Source of the DNA: an uncultured Pseudomonadota bacterium
Lineage (GTDB): Bacteria; Myxococcota_A; Polyangia; Fen-1088
Length of the DNA: 64,000 nucleotides
Reading direction: 5' to 3'
Assembly: GCA_963847705.1 (NCBI GenBank)
Contig: CAWKBC010000021.1
Location: 292,527 to 356,526, forward strand
In this document: positions 10,491 through 19,660 of the stretch, piece by piece
Numbering within the stretch: the stretch's first letter is position 1
How the letters are laid out: each line of letters begins with the position of its first letter
Position numbers and translations under genes: made by a program
Notes under the pieces: model-generated
What the model saw: the letters and a program-made list of their open reading frames with translations, nothing else
Databases searched by the model: none
Told to the model about the DNA's origin: nothing

Positions 10491-11882
10491 ATGCGTCGGC
10501 TCTATTTCGTCGTCTCGTTCTTACTCCTGTCGTCAAATGGGTGCGGTTCGGCAGGCAGCGACACGACGGGGACTGGCGGCGCCGTCGGGAACGGCGGTGC
10601 GACGGGCGGGGTCGTTGGCGCGACGGGCGGGATCGGCGGCGGGGGCGGCGAAAGCGGTGGCGGTGCCGGTATCGGCGGGAACGGCACCGGCGGCACCGGC
10701 GGCACGAGCGGCGCCGCGGGGAGCAACGGCCCCGCCGGCACCAACGGCGGCGCCGGTACTGGTGGCGCTGCGGGCACGAACGGCGCCGCGGGTACCAATG
10801 GCGGGGCGGGGTCGAATGGAGCCGCCGGCACGAACGAGGCGGGGGGGGCCACGGGGAACGGCGGTACGGGTGTCGACGGCGGCGCGCTGCCGCTCGACGG
10901 CGGCGGATCGATCCAGGCCCTCCCGCTCTCGACAAACGACCTGGTGTTCGATTCGACCAGGGGCGTGCTCTACGCCACGAATAACGGCACCCCGGACGCG
11001 GGGAACAGTGTGCTCACCATTGACCCTGCCTCCGCGAAGGTCACGGCGACGTTGCCCATCGGGGGTCTCCCGACTGTCCTTGCCATTTCCGACGATGGGA
11101 GCGCTCTTTACGTCGGTGTCAGCACGCCCGGTGGGTCCTTCTCGCCGACCCCGCAGATCGACGGAGCCAACACGGTGTGCCGCATCGACCTTGCTTCGAC
11201 GACTGCCGGGCCTCTCGTCTCCCTGGGGAGCACCAACGTCACCGCCGGTCAGATCGCCGCCGTGCCCGGATCCTCGACACAGTTCATGGTGTCGCTCCGC
11301 CAGCCAGAGGTCACGCCCGAGTTTGCGGGTCTGGCGCTCTACGACAGCAGCACGCTGCTGGCGCATTGGAGTTACCCCTACACCACCGACAACATTACCT
11401 TCTCCGGTCCCTCGACCCTCTTCGGGTGCAGCAGCACCACGGAGCCCTCCGAGCTCGTTCAGTTCAGCGTCACCTCGGCCGCCATCACCCCGCGGATGAC
11501 GGTAAGCGGTTTGATCACCAACGGCGGCGCGCGAATTATCGCGAACGGCGGCTGGATCTTCGCCAGTGACGGACAGACGGTGAGCGTGGCAACCATGGGC
11601 TCCGTCGGCACCTACAACGACACCGCCGCCAAAGGGCCACTCATTTCCGTCGTCCCCGCTGCCGACGGAACAAACGTCTGGTTTCTGGGCGAGCCCAACA
11701 TGGGCGGACCGACCTTGCTCCAGTTCGACCGGACGACGTTTCAGCTGCTTCGGACCATTTCGCTCGCCCCGGGGTACATCGAAGGGAACCTCTATGGTTT
11801 GACCGGGCTAGTCCAGTGGTCCCCGACCGGTTTCGCCTTCCGTTCCTACTCGAACATCTTTCTAGTGACGGTGCCGAACTGA
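10491..11882 (+). CDS. Gly-rich lipoprotein with YncE-like beta-propeller
   Basis: Signal ending SNGC, GTNGAAG repeats, NDLVFDSTRGVLYA and LAISDDGSALYVG blades. Confidence 0.75.
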   Translation: MRRLYFVVSFLLLSSNGCGSAGSDTTGTGGAVGNGGATGGVVGATGGIGGGGGESGGGAGIGGNGTGGTGGTSGAAGSNGPAGTNGGAGTGGAAGTNGAAGTNGGAGSNGAAGTNEAGGATGNGGTGVDGGALPLDGGGSIQALPLSTNDLVFDSTRGVLYATNNGTPDAGNSVLTIDPASAKVTATLPIGGLPTVLAISDDGSALYVGVSTPGGSFSPTPQIDGANTVCRIDLASTTAGPLVSLGSTNVTAGQIAAVPGSSTQFMVSLRQPEVTPEFAGLALYDSSTLLAHWSYPYTTDNITFSGPSTLFGCSSTTEPSELVQFSVTSAAITPRMTVSGLITNGGARIIANGGWIFASDGQTVSVATMGSVGTYNDTAAKGPLISVVPAADGTNVWFLGEPNMGGPTLLQFDRTTFQLLRTISLAPGYIEGNLYGLTGLVQWSPTGFAFRSYSNIFLVTVPN

Positions 11883-12036
11883 ACGGTTCGGGCGGGCAGC
11901 GGCCCAGGAGGGCTTACGGCCATGGGAGCTTCACGAACCTACAGACTCAGATTCCCAAATGCGTGTGCCTGAACAGCTTCTCGGCACGACCCACCATCGC
12001 GTGAGTAGGACCGTAGAACCCCTGCCCTTCTGTTTT

Positions 12037-12080
12037 GTGGAGCTGAACGGGATCGAACCCTCGGCCTCCTGAGTGCGATT
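12037..12080 (-). pseudogene. 3' half of tRNA-Ala(CGC), att-like remnant
   Basis: Reverse complement AATCGCACTCAGGAGGCCGAGGGTTCGATCCCGTTCAGCTCCAC has anticodon CGC, T-arm GGGTTCGATCCC and an Ala-type AGCTCCA end; no 5' half. Confidence 0.8.
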
Positions 12081-12212
12081 TTGACCCTGTACGAGCCGGA
12101 GGGATGCCAGCAACAAAACGCCAGCAACCGAAGGGAGTCCCTTTTGGTCGGGAGAACACGAAGTCCTCCAAGCCGACGATCTCCAACGAAGGGACCGAGA
12201 AGGCGATCTGCG

Positions 12213-12686
12213 TTACTTAACGAAGAACCTCACAACGCCCGTCGGGCCCTCCTGCATGAAGATAAAGAGTGTCACGAGTGCGGTCAGCAGCGCGGCCCAG
12301 AGGCTGAAAGCTGCCACGAGCAGGCCGAGAAGACGAAGCTGGAGGCCGATCGCAGCTCGCCAGCCGACGGGGCGATCCCATTCGATGCTTCGACGGATGC
12401 GCACTTTGGCGCCCGTGCGCGCCTGAACCTGAGGGCTCAGGCGATAGATCCTGCGATAGAATCCGCTTGTCCAGTAGACGATATTCCATGCCGCCGCCAG
12501 CAGCCCGATGACGACCAAGGCGCTCGTTCGATAGGAATCGACAAGCGAACCGCGCGCCACGGGGCGGCCGGCTAACAGGAGCGCTGGCACGATGTATGCC
12601 GCGGCAAGTGCGTGCACGACGAGCAACCATCGGCGTTTCCGCGATGGATCGCTGGGGCTAGATGGCGCAGTGGAGGTCGAAGGCAC
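12213..12686 (-). CDS. Hypothetical membrane protein (about 3 TM)
   Basis: 157-aa ORF with three hydrophobic segments. Confidence 0.5.
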   Translation of the reverse strand: MPSTSTAPSSPSDPSRKRRWLLVVHALAAAYIVPALLLAGRPVARGSLVDSYRTSALVVIGLLAAAWNIVYWTSGFYRRIYRLSPQVQARTGAKVRIRRSIEWDRPVGWRAAIGLQLRLLGLLVAAFSLWAALLTALVTLFIFMQEGPTGVVRFFVK

Positions 12687-12723
12687 GCGCTGGAACCGGA
12701 ACGGGATGTCCCGATACTAACCT

Positions 12724-12890
12724 GTGGCGTGCCGCTGAAGGCAGTCCAGGATCTCATGGGACACGCCACGATCGAGATGACGATGCGCTACGCCCACCTC
12801 TCTCCGCACGTCCCGCGCGACGCCGTGAAGCTGCTCGATCACGGCGGCCGTTTGGGCAACGGGTGGGCAAAAACCGAAAACCGTACCTAA
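12724..12890 (+). pseudogene. Tyrosine integrase extreme C-terminal remnant (middle island)
   Basis: GVPLKAVQDLMGHATIEMTMRYAHLSP; the DNA is highly similar to about 33570-33725. Confidence 0.85.
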
Positions 12891-12904
12891 GTAGTTAGAA
12901 AAAG

Positions 12905-12927
12905 GGTGGAGGCGCCGGGAGTCGAAC
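12905..12927 (-). repeat. att-like copy of the tmRNA 3' end (distal boundary of the youngest island)
   Basis: GGTGGAGGCGCCGGGAGTCGAAC; positions 12906-12927 match 33753-33774. Confidence 0.9.
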
Positions 12928-13151
12928 TCGACGGCGTGAAGACCGAAAATATCAACGGGCACGCCGGTTTGCACAACAATCGCGCGGACCTGGAAAGTTT
13001 GGAGACAGTCCGGTTAGAGGCGCTTGGGAGCGGTTGGAACCGCCTCCGTCCGGTTCAAAATGGCTAGGACGTGGCCAGAAAAAGTCTCCTGCGCGGTCGT
13101 CCGGTTGATGTTGGGCGCAGTCGGCGGTGGCACATGGCGACCAGGCTCCGA

Positions 13152-13988
13152 CTAAACCCCCAGCCATCCGCGCATCATCTCGTGCATCGAATCGAGGTCG
13201 CAGTATTTCTTTACGAACGCGGCCAGCAGATCCTTTTCCTGCGGATCTTTCCTCAATGCCAGCAAGGACGCGCACTCGGCGATGATCGCACGCGCTTTCG
13301 GCCACGTCTGTTCTGACGGGAAATACGGCTTGTACCAGCGCGCTCCTTGCTTCGGTGGCAGATTGGTTGTCCATTCCGTATAGCCGGATGCGACCGCAAG
13401 GTCGAAGCGACGTCGTACAATATTTTCGACGTCCATGAGGACCCATTGCTCGATGCATTCGCGAAGCCGGTCTACCCGCCCTTGCTCGGCCAGCTCGGGT
13501 ACACGAAAATCGATGATGGGGTTCCCAAGGGTTACGTGTTCGGGCGGCGGTTGATCACACGTTACGGGTTCGTCTGGCACGAGACGAACCCGGTCGATCG
13601 TCCCGCCGTAGGCCGTGGCGTGGAGCAGCACTCGCGTGATGCTCCACGTCGAGTAGAGGCGAATGCGCGTTGTACCCTTGTCGACCAGGCAGATGAAGAG
13701 CGGGCTGGCTAACCCCTCGAGCCACGTGCGCACGTGCGGACCCTGATAGACGACTTCGGTCTCGCCTTCGCTCTTAACCTGCACCGAATATCCAGGCCCC
13801 ACGTGTAGTCGACCACCCACGGGACGCGAGGTGGCGCAGATCAAATCGATTCCCTGATCGTCTTCGACCTCGACGTCTGTCGCGGGACCAAACGCGGAAA
13901 GCGCAAACCGCGCGAGCGTCTCCGAACGAAACCCCTGGCGTGAATTGCGAGGAAGAACTCCGCCCGATTGCTTTTCGCCGTTCGGCAT
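13152..13988 (-). CDS. DUF4365-like PD-(D/E)xK nuclease-domain protein
   Basis: DDQGIDL...YSVQVKS motif (D-x-G-x-D...VQxK). Confidence 0.6.
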   Translation of the reverse strand: MPNGEKQSGGVLPRNSRQGFRSETLARFALSAFGPATDVEVEDDQGIDLICATSRPVGGRLHVGPGYSVQVKSEGETEVVYQGPHVRTWLEGLASPLFICLVDKGTTRIRLYSTWSITRVLLHATAYGGTIDRVRLVPDEPVTCDQPPPEHVTLGNPIIDFRVPELAEQGRVDRLRECIEQWVLMDVENIVRRRFDLAVASGYTEWTTNLPPKQGARWYKPYFPSEQTWPKARAIIAECASLLALRKDPQEKDLLAAFVKKYCDLDSMHEMMRGWLGV

Positions 13989-14115
13989 GGCCTCTCCGTG
14001 TTGATGGCATGCGAGCGTAACCGGGATAGCGTCCACGTCGAGTGTCACGGTCACAGTCCCCATTGATCATTGACGTCTACCGGAAGACCAACTAAGGGTA
14101 GTGCCGTGTAGGTAA

Positions 14116-14367
14116 ATGTATATAATCCCTAGGGAGGCAGTATGCGACGTTGGCGAGGCCAGGCGAATCGGTTTGCCGCTGCCATTCCCGTCTGGGGGCA
14201 TCCGCCGCTTCCGGACCGGCCGTAACGTCCAGTTCAACGCCAAGGCGTCCCAAGAGACCGTCGACGCCATCTACGGCGTGACCGAGGCGCATCCCGGGTG
14301 GGTTCTGGGCTACACGCTGGAGCGCGCCATCGCGGCCCTACAGCGCGAACTCGAGAGCGATACGTGA
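14116..14367 (+). CDS. Small plasmid stability/partitioning-determinant-like protein (probably partial)
   Basis: RTGRNVQFNAKA...GWVLGYTLERAIAAL resembles small plasmid stability proteins. Confidence 0.5.
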   Translation: MYIIPREAVCDVGEARRIGLPLPFPSGGIRRFRTGRNVQFNAKASQETVDAIYGVTEAHPGWVLGYTLERAIAALQRELESDT

Positions 14368-14394
14368 CAGGGAGGGCAGGGGACGCCTCTTGTT

Positions 14395-15060
14395 CTATTG
14401 GGAGACCTTGGCTTTCGCGGCAAGTTGTTCTGCTTCCGTGAAGCCACGACTCTTTTTCGGCGAGATCCGCTTCAGGATGAGTCGCCCGGTTGAATTGCGA
14501 TCCGTCCAGTAGTCGCCTTCCATGGCGTCCTGCCCGTTTACGCGCAGATGCATCCCACCGAAATGGATGGGGCTGCGGTCCCGGACATCCACTTTCGGGT
14601 CGTTGCGGTAGAGAACGGACACGGACTCTGCATCGTCCGTATCCCTGAGAATACTGGCGGCGATCGTCGCTGATTCGGATTCCACAGTGTACTGCCTCAA
14701 GTAGAGCGTTGACGCGGTTTGCGTCACGCTCACGAAGGAGGGGATCGGAGGCGGATTCTTCTGAGTCTTCGGGTCCACCCACTGCGATCGCAGCTCGCCG
14801 CGCCAGGTGCCCCGCAGATTCGGCCGACGGACCAGCCATGAGAAGGGAGGCCAGGCCCAGAGCCATTTGTCGAATAGCCAGACGAAGAGGCTGGCGGCGG
14901 TGACGGCCCCTCCGTATGGTGCCCATAGAGCGCGGGATTCAGGGACCAGCCCGCCCGCCTTCACGGTCGCGTCCACATGAACCGTGCCGCTGATGACTAG
15001 GATCAACACCCAGGTAAGGCCGCCGACGGCGAGGACTGTCTTGAGGACCGTGCCATTCAT
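14395..15060 (-). CDS. cap15: CBASS effector Cap15 (SMODS-associated 2TM beta-strand-rich)
   Basis: Two N-terminal TMs, FDKWLW...PNLRGTWRGELRS, QT...TVESES, YRNDP, HFG and GDYWTDR. Overlaps the CD-NTase stop (ATGA). Confidence 0.85.
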   Translation of the reverse strand: MNGTVLKTVLAVGGLTWVLILVISGTVHVDATVKAGGLVPESRALWAPYGGAVTAASLFVWLFDKWLWAWPPFSWLVRRPNLRGTWRGELRSQWVDPKTQKNPPPIPSFVSVTQTASTLYLRQYTVESESATIAASILRDTDDAESVSVLYRNDPKVDVRDRSPIHFGGMHLRVNGQDAMEGDYWTDRNSTGRLILKRISPKKSRGFTEAEQLAAKAKVSQ

Positions 15061-15998
15061 GGGAACAGGTGCCTCCAGGCCTCTAGCAGGAACTCATGGA
15101 CCGTCTCGACCGTCCATGACTGTCCGCTCCTGAAAAGCCATTTGCGATAGTTCACCTCAACCATCTTCTCCTTTGCGTCGCCGGTTGGTTTCGTCCGGTT
15201 CCACAGGTCCGAGATGACGCACCGGACATCTTCCACGTAACCGTCGGAGCCCTGTTTAAAACAGTCGTCCGGCGCGTTGTACACGAGGCATTCGATCAGG
15301 AATGACGGCATCTTCTCCGCAACTGCCTTCGCGGCCGAGGTGCCGTTTTCGACCATGTCGAATTTGACGTTCTTGATGATGCGGGTGACGCGCTTGAACC
15401 GGAATCCCGTGGCTTTGTTGCGCTTAACGCCTTGTTCGTAGTGGTCGATGTGGTAGTTGATGAAGCCCCCGCCGCTTGCGCCGATGCTCTTCACTCCTGT
15501 GGTGGTGGCCCAAGTGCCTCCGGGGGTGACCTCGCCGCTGTACTTCCGGTACTCGAAGAACGGCGTGACGTCCGCTTCAAGCCGGTAGGTGTTTTCGTGG
15601 ATGTTGAAAGCCTTGTCCCCCGGTGTCATCCCGGAGCCGAAGCGCGCCTCCAGCGCGTCATGGACGTCCTTTCTGAAGTCCGCGAAGGAGTAGGGGGCGG
15701 GCGTGGTTATGCCAAACCTGGCGGCCGTATCCCCGGACGGAACGTCGTAGAACATCGAGTCGTGGCACACCACCGCGACGTCAATGTCACTCTCGCCTCT
15801 GACGTTCGTGTTGTTGTGATAGGAACCCGTCGGGTAGACCTCTATGTTCCGCTCCGAGAGGCCGTCATAGTTGTCGATCGCCGCACGGATCACGGTCGCC
15901 GCGTTGTCGGCCATGGTCTCTTCACTGTCGCTGAAGGGCTTGCTCCAACGCTTGAAACGGTCGCCCCAGGTATCCACTGCAACGTCTACCGTCGACAT
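15057..15998 (-). CDS. cdnE: CBASS CD-NTase (CdnE-like cGAS/DncV nucleotidyltransferase)
   Basis: GSYHNNTNVRGESDIDVAV, GDKAFNI, ADVTP, INY and PSFLIECLVYN motifs. Confidence 0.88.
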   Translation of the reverse strand: MSTVDVAVDTWGDRFKRWSKPFSDSEETMADNAATVIRAAIDNYDGLSERNIEVYPTGSYHNNTNVRGESDIDVAVVCHDSMFYDVPSGDTAARFGITTPAPYSFADFRKDVHDALEARFGSGMTPGDKAFNIHENTYRLEADVTPFFEYRKYSGEVTPGGTWATTTGVKSIGASGGGFINYHIDHYEQGVKRNKATGFRFKRVTRIIKNVKFDMVENGTSAAKAVAEKMPSFLIECLVYNAPDDCFKQGSDGYVEDVRCVISDLWNRTKPTGDAKEKMVEVNYRKWLFRSGQSWTVETVHEFLLEAWRHLFP

Positions 15999-16096
15999 GC
16001 CATCTCCTCTAACTGCTTCTCTTTGACTCCCGCCTTTGCACGTTTACGCGCTTTGCGGGTGACTGACAATCTCGGTTCGCTCATCGGGCTGCCGGG

Positions 16097-16537
16097 TCAG
16101 TTGTGCGACGTTTGGCGGCCGAAGAGGAAGCCCAGCGACGCTGACAGCAACCCGAAGATCACCGTATCGAGCTTGTCGTTTACCCGCAGGTAGGTGCCGA
16201 GGCCCAGGATCAGCGCCATCATCACGTAGCGGGCGATCCGGTCGAGCATCTCGCGCTTGTGCGTCTGGCGCTTCTCTTCGGACAGCCGGTCCAGGGTGAC
16301 GCTCTTGGCGGATTTGATCAGATCGGTGACGGTCTTGACGACCTCGGTGCCGCGCTCCGAGTCCAACCAGCGAAAGATGTAGGCCTCGACCGGCGGAAAC
16401 GCCGACCGGAGGACCTTCGCGACCTCCTCCTCCTCGGCCTCGGGGTCGACGGAGACCTCCTTCCGGCGGAGGGACAGTTCGTCCGGGTCCTGGGCGGCTG
16501 GTGTTTCGGCGGCGGTTTTCGGAGGGGCGTCCGACAT
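16097..16537 (-). CDS. Hypothetical protein with C-terminal 2 TM hairpin
   Basis: Acidic/helical N-terminus followed by YVMMALILGLGTYL and VIFGLLSASLGFLFG. Confidence 0.65.
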   Translation of the reverse strand: MSDAPPKTAAETPAAQDPDELSLRRKEVSVDPEAEEEEVAKVLRSAFPPVEAYIFRWLDSERGTEVVKTVTDLIKSAKSVTLDRLSEEKRQTHKREMLDRIARYVMMALILGLGTYLRVNDKLDTVIFGLLSASLGFLFGRQTSHN

Positions 16538-16835
16538 GCGTGCTCCTGTTTCGAGGTTCGGGGAGCCACGCCAAACCAGCCGTCCAACCCCTGGATTGCG
16601 TAAGCGCAAGCACCCATCGCTGGCTGTCAAGAGTGTGACCGCCAAAAATATGGAAGTCCCCCGGTTGACGGAACGGGTGGAATCGTTCGGGCGGTAGCGG
16701 TCGGGTGCTTCTCACGAAGCACGTGTGCAGAATTGAGATCGCCAGCTCCTGCAGCGTTGTGCGCTACCTCCAGCAATGGCACAACGCACGGAGACAATCC
16801 TTGCAAATTTAATATCTCACGTTAGATTTGCAGAT

Positions 16836-18008
16836 ATGATTACGCGCCGTGCCATGAGGCTCGTCCAGGAGGCCCTGGACCGCCAGGCCGCCGTGGGCCT
16901 GATCGGGCCGCGGCAGGTCGGGAAAACCACGCTCGCCCGGACCCTGGGTGAAGCGGCGGGCGCGCTGTACCTGGACCTCGAAGCGCCCGAGGACCGCGCC
17001 AAGCTCGCCGAGCCGGCGCTCTTCCTGCGCAACTACGAGGACCGGCTGGTGATCCTAGACGAGATACACCGGGCACCCGAGCTGTTCATGACCCTGCGCG
17101 GCCTCATCGACGAAGGCCGCCGGAGCGGGCTCAGGCACGGCCGGTTCCTGGTGCTGGGCTCGGCCGCGATCGATCTCCTCCGCCAGTCCGGGGAGACGCT
17201 CGCGGGCCGCATCGCCTATATCGACATGGGGCCGTTCGACGTCCTCGAGGCCGGAACAACGGAGCCGGATCGCTCGGCCCTCTGGCTGCGCGGAGGGTTT
17301 CCGGACAGCTTCCTCGCCCGGACGGATGGGGAAAGCCTCGCTATCCGGAAGGACTTCATCCGCACCTATCTCGAACGCGACGTGCCGCAGTTCGGGCCGC
17401 GCCTGCCGGCCGAGACGCTCGGCCGGCTCTGGACGATGCTCGCTCACAACCAGGGAACCATGCTGAACGCGTCTCGCCTGGCCGCCGGTCTCGCCATCAG
17501 CTCACCGACGGTCACGCGCTACATCGATCTGCTCGTCGATCTCCTGCTGGTGCGCAGGCTGCAACCGTTCCACGCGAACACGGGCAAACGGCTCGTGAAG
17601 TCGCCGAAGGTCTATGTACGCGACAGCGGCCTTACCCACGCGCTCCTGAGCATCGAGGACCAGAACGAGCTCGCCGGGCACCCGGTCGTCGGGGCGAGCT
17701 GGGAGGGATTCGTGATCGAGAACCTCCTGGCCGTGGTGCCTACCCGCACAGAGGCGAGCTTCTACCGCTCGGCCGGGGGAGCGGAGATCGATCTCGTGCT
17801 CGACATCCCGAAGCAGGGCCGCTGGGCGATCGAGATCAAGCGCGGCCTGACGGCGCGGCCCGAGAAGGGCTTCCACCAAGCGTGCGAGGACATCAAGCCC
17901 GACCGGAGGTTCCTCGTCTACTCCGGCGCGGACCGGTATCCCGCGACGGCGGACACCGAGGTGATCGGGATCAAAGAGCTGGCGGAGACGCTGCTGGTTG
18001 CGACGTGA
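16836..18008 (+). CDS. AAA_14 ATPase with DUF4143 domain
   Basis: GPRQVGKTT, ILDEIH, LGS, GGFP, KSPKVYVRDSGL and EIDLV...IEIK. Confidence 0.9.
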   Translation: MITRRAMRLVQEALDRQAAVGLIGPRQVGKTTLARTLGEAAGALYLDLEAPEDRAKLAEPALFLRNYEDRLVILDEIHRAPELFMTLRGLIDEGRRSGLRHGRFLVLGSAAIDLLRQSGETLAGRIAYIDMGPFDVLEAGTTEPDRSALWLRGGFPDSFLARTDGESLAIRKDFIRTYLERDVPQFGPRLPAETLGRLWTMLAHNQGTMLNASRLAAGLAISSPTVTRYIDLLVDLLLVRRLQPFHANTGKRLVKSPKVYVRDSGLTHALLSIEDQNELAGHPVVGASWEGFVIENLLAVVPTRTEASFYRSAGGAEIDLVLDIPKQGRWAIEIKRGLTARPEKGFHQACEDIKPDRRFLVYSGADRYPATADTEVIGIKELAETLLVAT

Positions 18009-18123
18009 GGGGGAAGGGCCGGGGCAACTCCCGTCCCGCCGTCCTCTGCCCCGCCTTGACGCCGAGCTTGTTGCTCACCTACGATCTGGGAAGGGGGAAG
18101 CCGCTAACCAGAGTGGAGGCCGC

Positions 18124-18450
18124 ATGGGCCGATCCGAGGATGTCAGGCAGTGGCTGCGGAACAACGGGTATGACGATGTCGCCGGTCAGATCGACAAGCT
18201 CATGGACAAATGGGCGAGGGAAGGGAGCGCAACCCGGCGCGACTGGTGGCAGATTCTGGCAGGCGCCAATAACGGCGCACCACGCAGCGTCGACGGAATA
18301 GAGTTCCCGGTTCTACGCTCCGCCCAGGCCCGTCAGGGACTACCGGTCACCCCGAATGCCATCGCGCGCAACAAGCAGGAAACCGTCCCGCAGGTCTGGA
18401 CGACCGGCCGCTGGCCTGCCAAAAGCGGCAAGAAGAAAAAGAGCCGCTGA
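18124..18450 (+). CDS. Small Trp-rich hypothetical protein upstream of the methyltransferase
   Basis: ATG after GGAGG; WLRNNGYDDVA...TRRDWWQILAG...FPVLRSAQARQG. Confidence 0.7.
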   Translation: MGRSEDVRQWLRNNGYDDVAGQIDKLMDKWAREGSATRRDWWQILAGANNGAPRSVDGIEFPVLRSAQARQGLPVTPNAIARNKQETVPQVWTTGRWPAKSGKKKKSR

Positions 18451-19255
18451 TACGGCGGCCGCGGCGCGTCCCTTCCTGAAATGGGCCGGCGGGAAGCGGC
18501 AGCTTGTTCAGGAGCTGACGAAGCACGTTCCCGAAAGCTTCGGTACCTATTACGAGCCCTTCGTCGGCGGAGGCGCGCTATTCTTCCACCTTCAGCCCCG
18601 AAGCGCCGTCCTGTCGGACAGCAATGCCCGGCTGATTCGCACCTATAGCGGCATCCAGAACAACGTCGACGACGTCATCTCGATCCTCCGCACCTACCGC
18701 AACGAGAAAGCCTTCTATCTGAAGCTCCGGGAGATTCCGATCGACGAGCGGTCCGACGCCGAACTGGCCGCCTGGTTCATCTTCCTGAACAAGACGGGGT
18801 TCAACGGCCTCTACCGCGTGAACCGCCGGAACTTGTTCAACGTGCCTTTCGGCGACAATGCGCGCGCGCGGATCGTCGACGACCTCAATCTGAAAGCCTG
18901 TTCCGCCGCCCTCAAGGGCGTGCAGCTGCATTGTGAGGATTTCGAGGCCGCGCTCGCGCGGGCAGGGCAGGGCGACTTCGTCTACATCGACCCGCCCTAC
19001 GTGCCCCTCTCCGATACGGCCTACTTCACGTCGTACACGTCCAGCGGGTTCGGGCCCAAGGATCAGCTCCGGCTCCGCGACGCGGCCCTGTCCCTCAAGC
19101 GGCGCGGCGTGACGGTCGTTCTTTCCAACTCGTCCTCCCACCGGGTGTCTGAGCTCTACGGCGCCGGGTTTACCTGCATCCCCGTCTCGGCGTCGCGGCT
19201 CGTCAACAGCGACATAAAGGGCCGCGGGAAGGTCACCGAGTTTGTTATCGTCTGA
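18356..19255 (+). CDS. Dam-family (alpha class) DNA adenine methyltransferase, start uncertain
   Basis: PFLKWAGGK, YYEPFVGGGA, FNGLYRVN and DPPY. Confidence 0.9.
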   Translation: MPSRATSRKPSRRSGRPAAGLPKAARRKRAADTAAAARPFLKWAGGKRQLVQELTKHVPESFGTYYEPFVGGGALFFHLQPRSAVLSDSNARLIRTYSGIQNNVDDVISILRTYRNEKAFYLKLREIPIDERSDAELAAWFIFLNKTGFNGLYRVNRRNLFNVPFGDNARARIVDDLNLKACSAALKGVQLHCEDFEAALARAGQGDFVYIDPPYVPLSDTAYFTSYTSSGFGPKDQLRLRDAALSLKRRGVTVVLSNSSSHRVSELYGAGFTCIPVSASRLVNSDIKGRGKVTEFVIV

Positions 19256-19257
19256 CT

Positions 19258-19656
19258 ATGCCCGGAAGAGCTACCGCCGTTGCTAACGGCGATGACCTCG
19301 TGCAGAAGGTCGTCGCTCTCGCCGCGGAACTCAAACTGCAGGCGCGAACGCAAGTGCGGGTCGGACGCCGCATCTGGGGCGCCATCCGCAAAATCGACGT
19401 CGTCCTGACGGAGACGTCCACGCGCCGGACGATCGGCGTCGAATGCAAGTTCCAGAGCAGCCAGGGAACGGCCGAGGAGAAAATCCCCTCCACGATTCAG
19501 GATATCGCCGCCTGGCCCATCCCGGGCATCGTCGTCTTCTCCGGCGATGGTTTCAGCGCGAACATGAGCGCCTTCCTGATCTCGACGGGGAAAGCCGTCG
19601 AATTCGAGGATCTCCAGGCGTGGCTGTCGCTCTACTTCGGTATCCCCGGCGAGTAA
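19258..19656 (+). CDS. Small PD-(D/E)xK nuclease (putative restriction/nicking enzyme)
   Basis: KIDVVL...GVECKFQ...GTAEEKIP; starts 2 bp after the Dam stop. Confidence 0.7.
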   Translation: MPGRATAVANGDDLVQKVVALAAELKLQARTQVRVGRRIWGAIRKIDVVLTETSTRRTIGVECKFQSSQGTAEEKIPSTIQDIAAWPIPGIVVFSGDGFSANMSAFLISTGKAVEFEDLQAWLSLYFGIPGE

Positions 19657-19660
19657 AACG

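Noticed and set aside
10560-10880. Gly-rich DNA repeats as a non-coding repeat system
   Set aside because: They encode the GTNGAAG linker of a lipoprotein, a common feature of myxobacterial surface proteins.
12037-12080. Functional tRNA-Ala gene
   Set aside because: Only the part from the anticodon loop to the 3' end is present; no D-arm or 5' acceptor strand. The same holds for the tRNA-Val fragment at 8802-8848.
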